Shown: in pieces, positions 61,244-64,000 of the stretch
Position numbering within the stretch: position 1 is the first letter of the stretch
How the letters are laid out: each line of letters begins with the position of its first letter
Source of the DNA: Mytilus californianus
Taxonomy: Eukaryota
Reading direction: 5' to 3'
Assembly (NCBI RefSeq): GCF_021869535.1
Contig: NW_026262581.1
Coordinates: 92,504,001 to 92,568,000 of the forward strand
DNA length: 64,000 nucleotides
Translations under genes and position numbers: made by a program
Notes under the pieces: model-generated
Seen by the model: only the letters and a program-made list of their open reading frames with translations
Told to the model about the DNA's origin: nothing
The model's database searches: none

Positions 61244-62295
61244 CAGTCCGCCAAAAGTTAAGCACCACCTATCTTTGTTGCATCGAAAAAAAAATTCATT
61301 TAAAAAAACCAGTTAATCCTCGGAAAAGAGAAAATATTCATGTAGCAATTTTGCTAACATATGCCATAAACAAACCATAAACTTAAGTTTGGTCACTGAT
61401 GCAAGTTCTATGCATTTTAATTTTGCGTTCATAGAAATAGTGAAAATTACACAAATCAGAAACGGAATTTAAGTTTTACTTTGATTTTATTTTTTTACAA
61501 TAAGTAATCACCCAAAATCATTAAAAGTCTCTACAAATAATCTATGGTATGTTCGGCAAATTTAATGTCAATATTTAAGTCAATAGGATGTGTAACCACC
61601 TCTCTTCCGGTACAGTTCCATAACACAGCGTTTTTACTTGAGCAAATTTATTCCATTCATCAACAATTGCCCCTCTTAAATCGCCAAGATTTTGCAAAGG
61701 TGGATCTCTGCGATTGAGATTTCTGCCAATGGCATCCCAGACATGTTCGATAGGGTTCAGGTCTGGAGACATGGAAGGCCAAAAGATAGTGTCAATGGCT
61801 TCTTGATCTTTGTAATCGGTTACAATCCTTGCCCTGTGTGGTCTAGCGTTGTCGTCCATGTACGAGGGTCTTGACGCAAGTTGGGGATTCTCAAAATGTG
61901 GGATTACAATGTTTCTAAGCACCAAATCCCTGTATGTCTGTCTGTTCATGTTACCCTGCAAAATATGCATACCCAGCTTACAGCAGTATGAGAAGAAACC
62001 CCATACTGTAACACCACCATCAACGATTGCTGTTGTTGGGTAATTGTTGTTTTGGTGATAAGCAGTTTTATTTTCCCCGCCAAACTCGTATTCTGCCGTC
62101 TATTGGTCGTAACAGAAACCAACTCTCATCTGACCAATGAATATTTTGCCAGGTTCTCATGTTCCATTGTCGATGGTCATTAGACCTTTAAAACCTGATT
62201 ATACGGTGCTTGGCTGTTAGGGCACGTCTTTTGATCAGACGACGTGCTCTTAGGTAGCCTCTATGAAGTCGACGGACCAATGTTCGAACAAACAC
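61244..62295 (-). mobile_element. Defective Tc1 (DD34E) transposon: one TIR plus transposase fragment
   Basis: TA|CAGTCCGCCAAAAGTTAAGCACCACC terminus. Motifs WSDES, MDDNARPH and WPSMSPDLNPIEHVW, with 34 residues between the second D and E. Frameshifts present and 5' part missing. Confidence 0.9.
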
Positions 62296-62465
62296 GTTCT
62301 CATCTAAAATTAGAAATTCTCATTAACGGTCATTTGCCATAATTCGTACTCAAATAGGTCGAATTATCGCTCATAAGACAAACTTGTGCAAAAACGAGAA
62401 AAATAAAAGAAAAACACGTTTTTCTTTTTATCAAGCACTTGAAAATCGTGAATCTGACATATTGA

Positions 62466-62686
62466 ACACCTGGTGTATGCTGAACTGAATTGTAATAAAT
62501 TAACTTGCATTTCTCAGGCCTGTATGCCAGCATACGAACCTGGTGTATGCTAAAGTCTACATTTGATTTATACATTGTATTTCTCAGGTCTGTATGCCTG
62601 CATACGAACCTGGTGTATGCAGAACGGCAAATATTGAATCAAATGTTGTATTTCGCAGGTCTGTATGCTAGCATACGAACCTGGGT
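62466..62686. repeat. Tandem repeat, ~70-bp unit, about 3 copies
   Basis: TATTTCTCAGGTCTGTATGC..GCATACGAACCTGGTGTATGC at 62507, 62577 and 62648; each unit has a GTATGC/GCATAC hairpin. Confidence 0.8.
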
Positions 62687-62993
62687 GTTTCCAAAAAATC
62701 CTTTACTTCAGTAGTTGTGTTTTAACGCTGATTTCGATTTTTTTTTTAAACTAAAAGCCTACCACTGACCTCTATATTTTCTCCCGATAGGTAAACAGAA
62801 AAGCGTTAATTTGCAGGGCAAACCGGTAAAGCGTTTACTGTTGTAAATCTAAAAATGAAAACCGATTCTCAAGTTCCACGACTATGATCACTTTATTGAC
62901 ATGACAGTTATCTGTTTGTTTGCAAATTAAATTACGGAAAAATGAGGCGATCATAATTTGTACAAGGTTCCAAGTTGTTGACAAAATTTTAAA

Positions 62994-63230
62994 TGACGTC
63001 AGGGACCTTCTGACGTAAGGCGGAGGGAATTATAGACGGATAGCACTTGACTTACACGAGTTACTTTTTACCAGTACACTAAATTAAAATAATAGCAATT
63101 GATTACAAAACAAAATGTTTTTTTTATACTTTGTATTGGTAAATGATAAAAAGTCAAAGAACAAATGGACTATTTATCTGCGTTGAATGACCTAATAACA
63201 CCTTATGTCACGCACTCCTATATGACGTCA
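62994..63230 (+). promoter_or_regulatory. Candidate promoter with CRE/ATF sites
   Basis: TGACGTCA at 62994-63001 and 63223-63230, plus a half-site TGACGT near 63011, upstream of a candidate first exon. Confidence 0.35.
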
Positions 63231-63288
63231 TTTACAAATGTAAACAATGTGAATGATCAATGAAGGAGTTCCCGTCACGGAGAAGAAA

Positions 63289-63370
63289 ATGGACAATTCA
63301 TTGAAAAATACGCTCTATTATCTAAATTTTAATATACCAGAAGCAAAACAGAATGTCAGATACATTTACG
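63289..63370 (+). CDS. Candidate first coding exon of an unidentified downstream gene
   Basis: GAAAATGG start context, 27 open codons (MDNSLKNTLYYLNFNIPEAKQNVRYIY), then a consensus donor ACG|GTAAGT. Confidence 0.3.
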
Positions 63371-64000
63371 GTAAGTAAACCTAGCTGTTTTTGTACATTT
63401 TCCACGAATTCCATAGAACACCCTCTTTTTTTAGAAGTGACTGACTGATTTAATCCGGCTTGAAAACTATAATACAAGATTATTGATTACGCTAAGTTTG
63501 TTTTCTCAAGAGGTTTGTTCACTTCAATCAATTTCATGCTAGACATCATGTGGCGAAATTTACTGCTGTTTTACTATCAAGCTACCCCCCCCCCCCAAAA
63601 AAAAAAATAGCCTTGCAAGACGTCACAAGTATTTGGACTACCCCCCCCCCCCCCCCGCCCCCCTTGAAAGTATTTAGAGAAAAAATGAATGGGAAATACG
63701 ATTATGTGTACATCCATAGTGATGTCTCCTTGCATTAGTTACAATTTTAAGGATTTTAAGGGGTGCTTTGTGGGAAAAATTTAGTTGTTTTATTGAGGGA
63801 AACAATACTGGAGCGGTCCATTTCTAAGGAATTCAGCGCCCTCCCCAGCCCATCCCCCTTATGAAACTTCTGGATCTGCCACTGAGTTAAAGTCTCCCGG
63901 ATTTAAAAAAAAAATTGAAATTCAGCCCCTATCCAGATTTTCAAAATGCATGGCCAATGCCCTTCAGTTCTTATTCTAACAACTTTTAGGGAAACAAAAG

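Overview
AT-rich animal genomic DNA, most likely from a mytilid mussel (inferred from the protein families and repeat types). The main content is a tandem cluster of three same-strand opine dehydrogenase paralogues (octopine/tauropine/strombine family) at about 14.1, 24.6 and 51.4 kb. Each has its whole CDS in one exon, just after a splice acceptor. All keep the catalytic His/Arg/Asp, but the middle copy has substrate-pocket changes, including a Lys-to-Asp swap, that suggest a different specificity. A single-exon RING-less B-box/coiled-coil/NHL (TRIM-like) gene follows at 55.2-57.2 kb, and another gene may begin near 63.3 kb. The rest is nested mobile DNA: hammerhead-ribozyme (retrozyme-like) repeats, a Penelope-like RT with no C-terminal endonuclease plus many copies of its apparent 3' end, RTE-X-like and CR1-like LINE relics, SINEs, HINE-, Kolobok- and Tc1-type elements, long palindromes with mini-hairpin centres, and minisatellites. 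All alignments and translations were done by eye. No database search was run.
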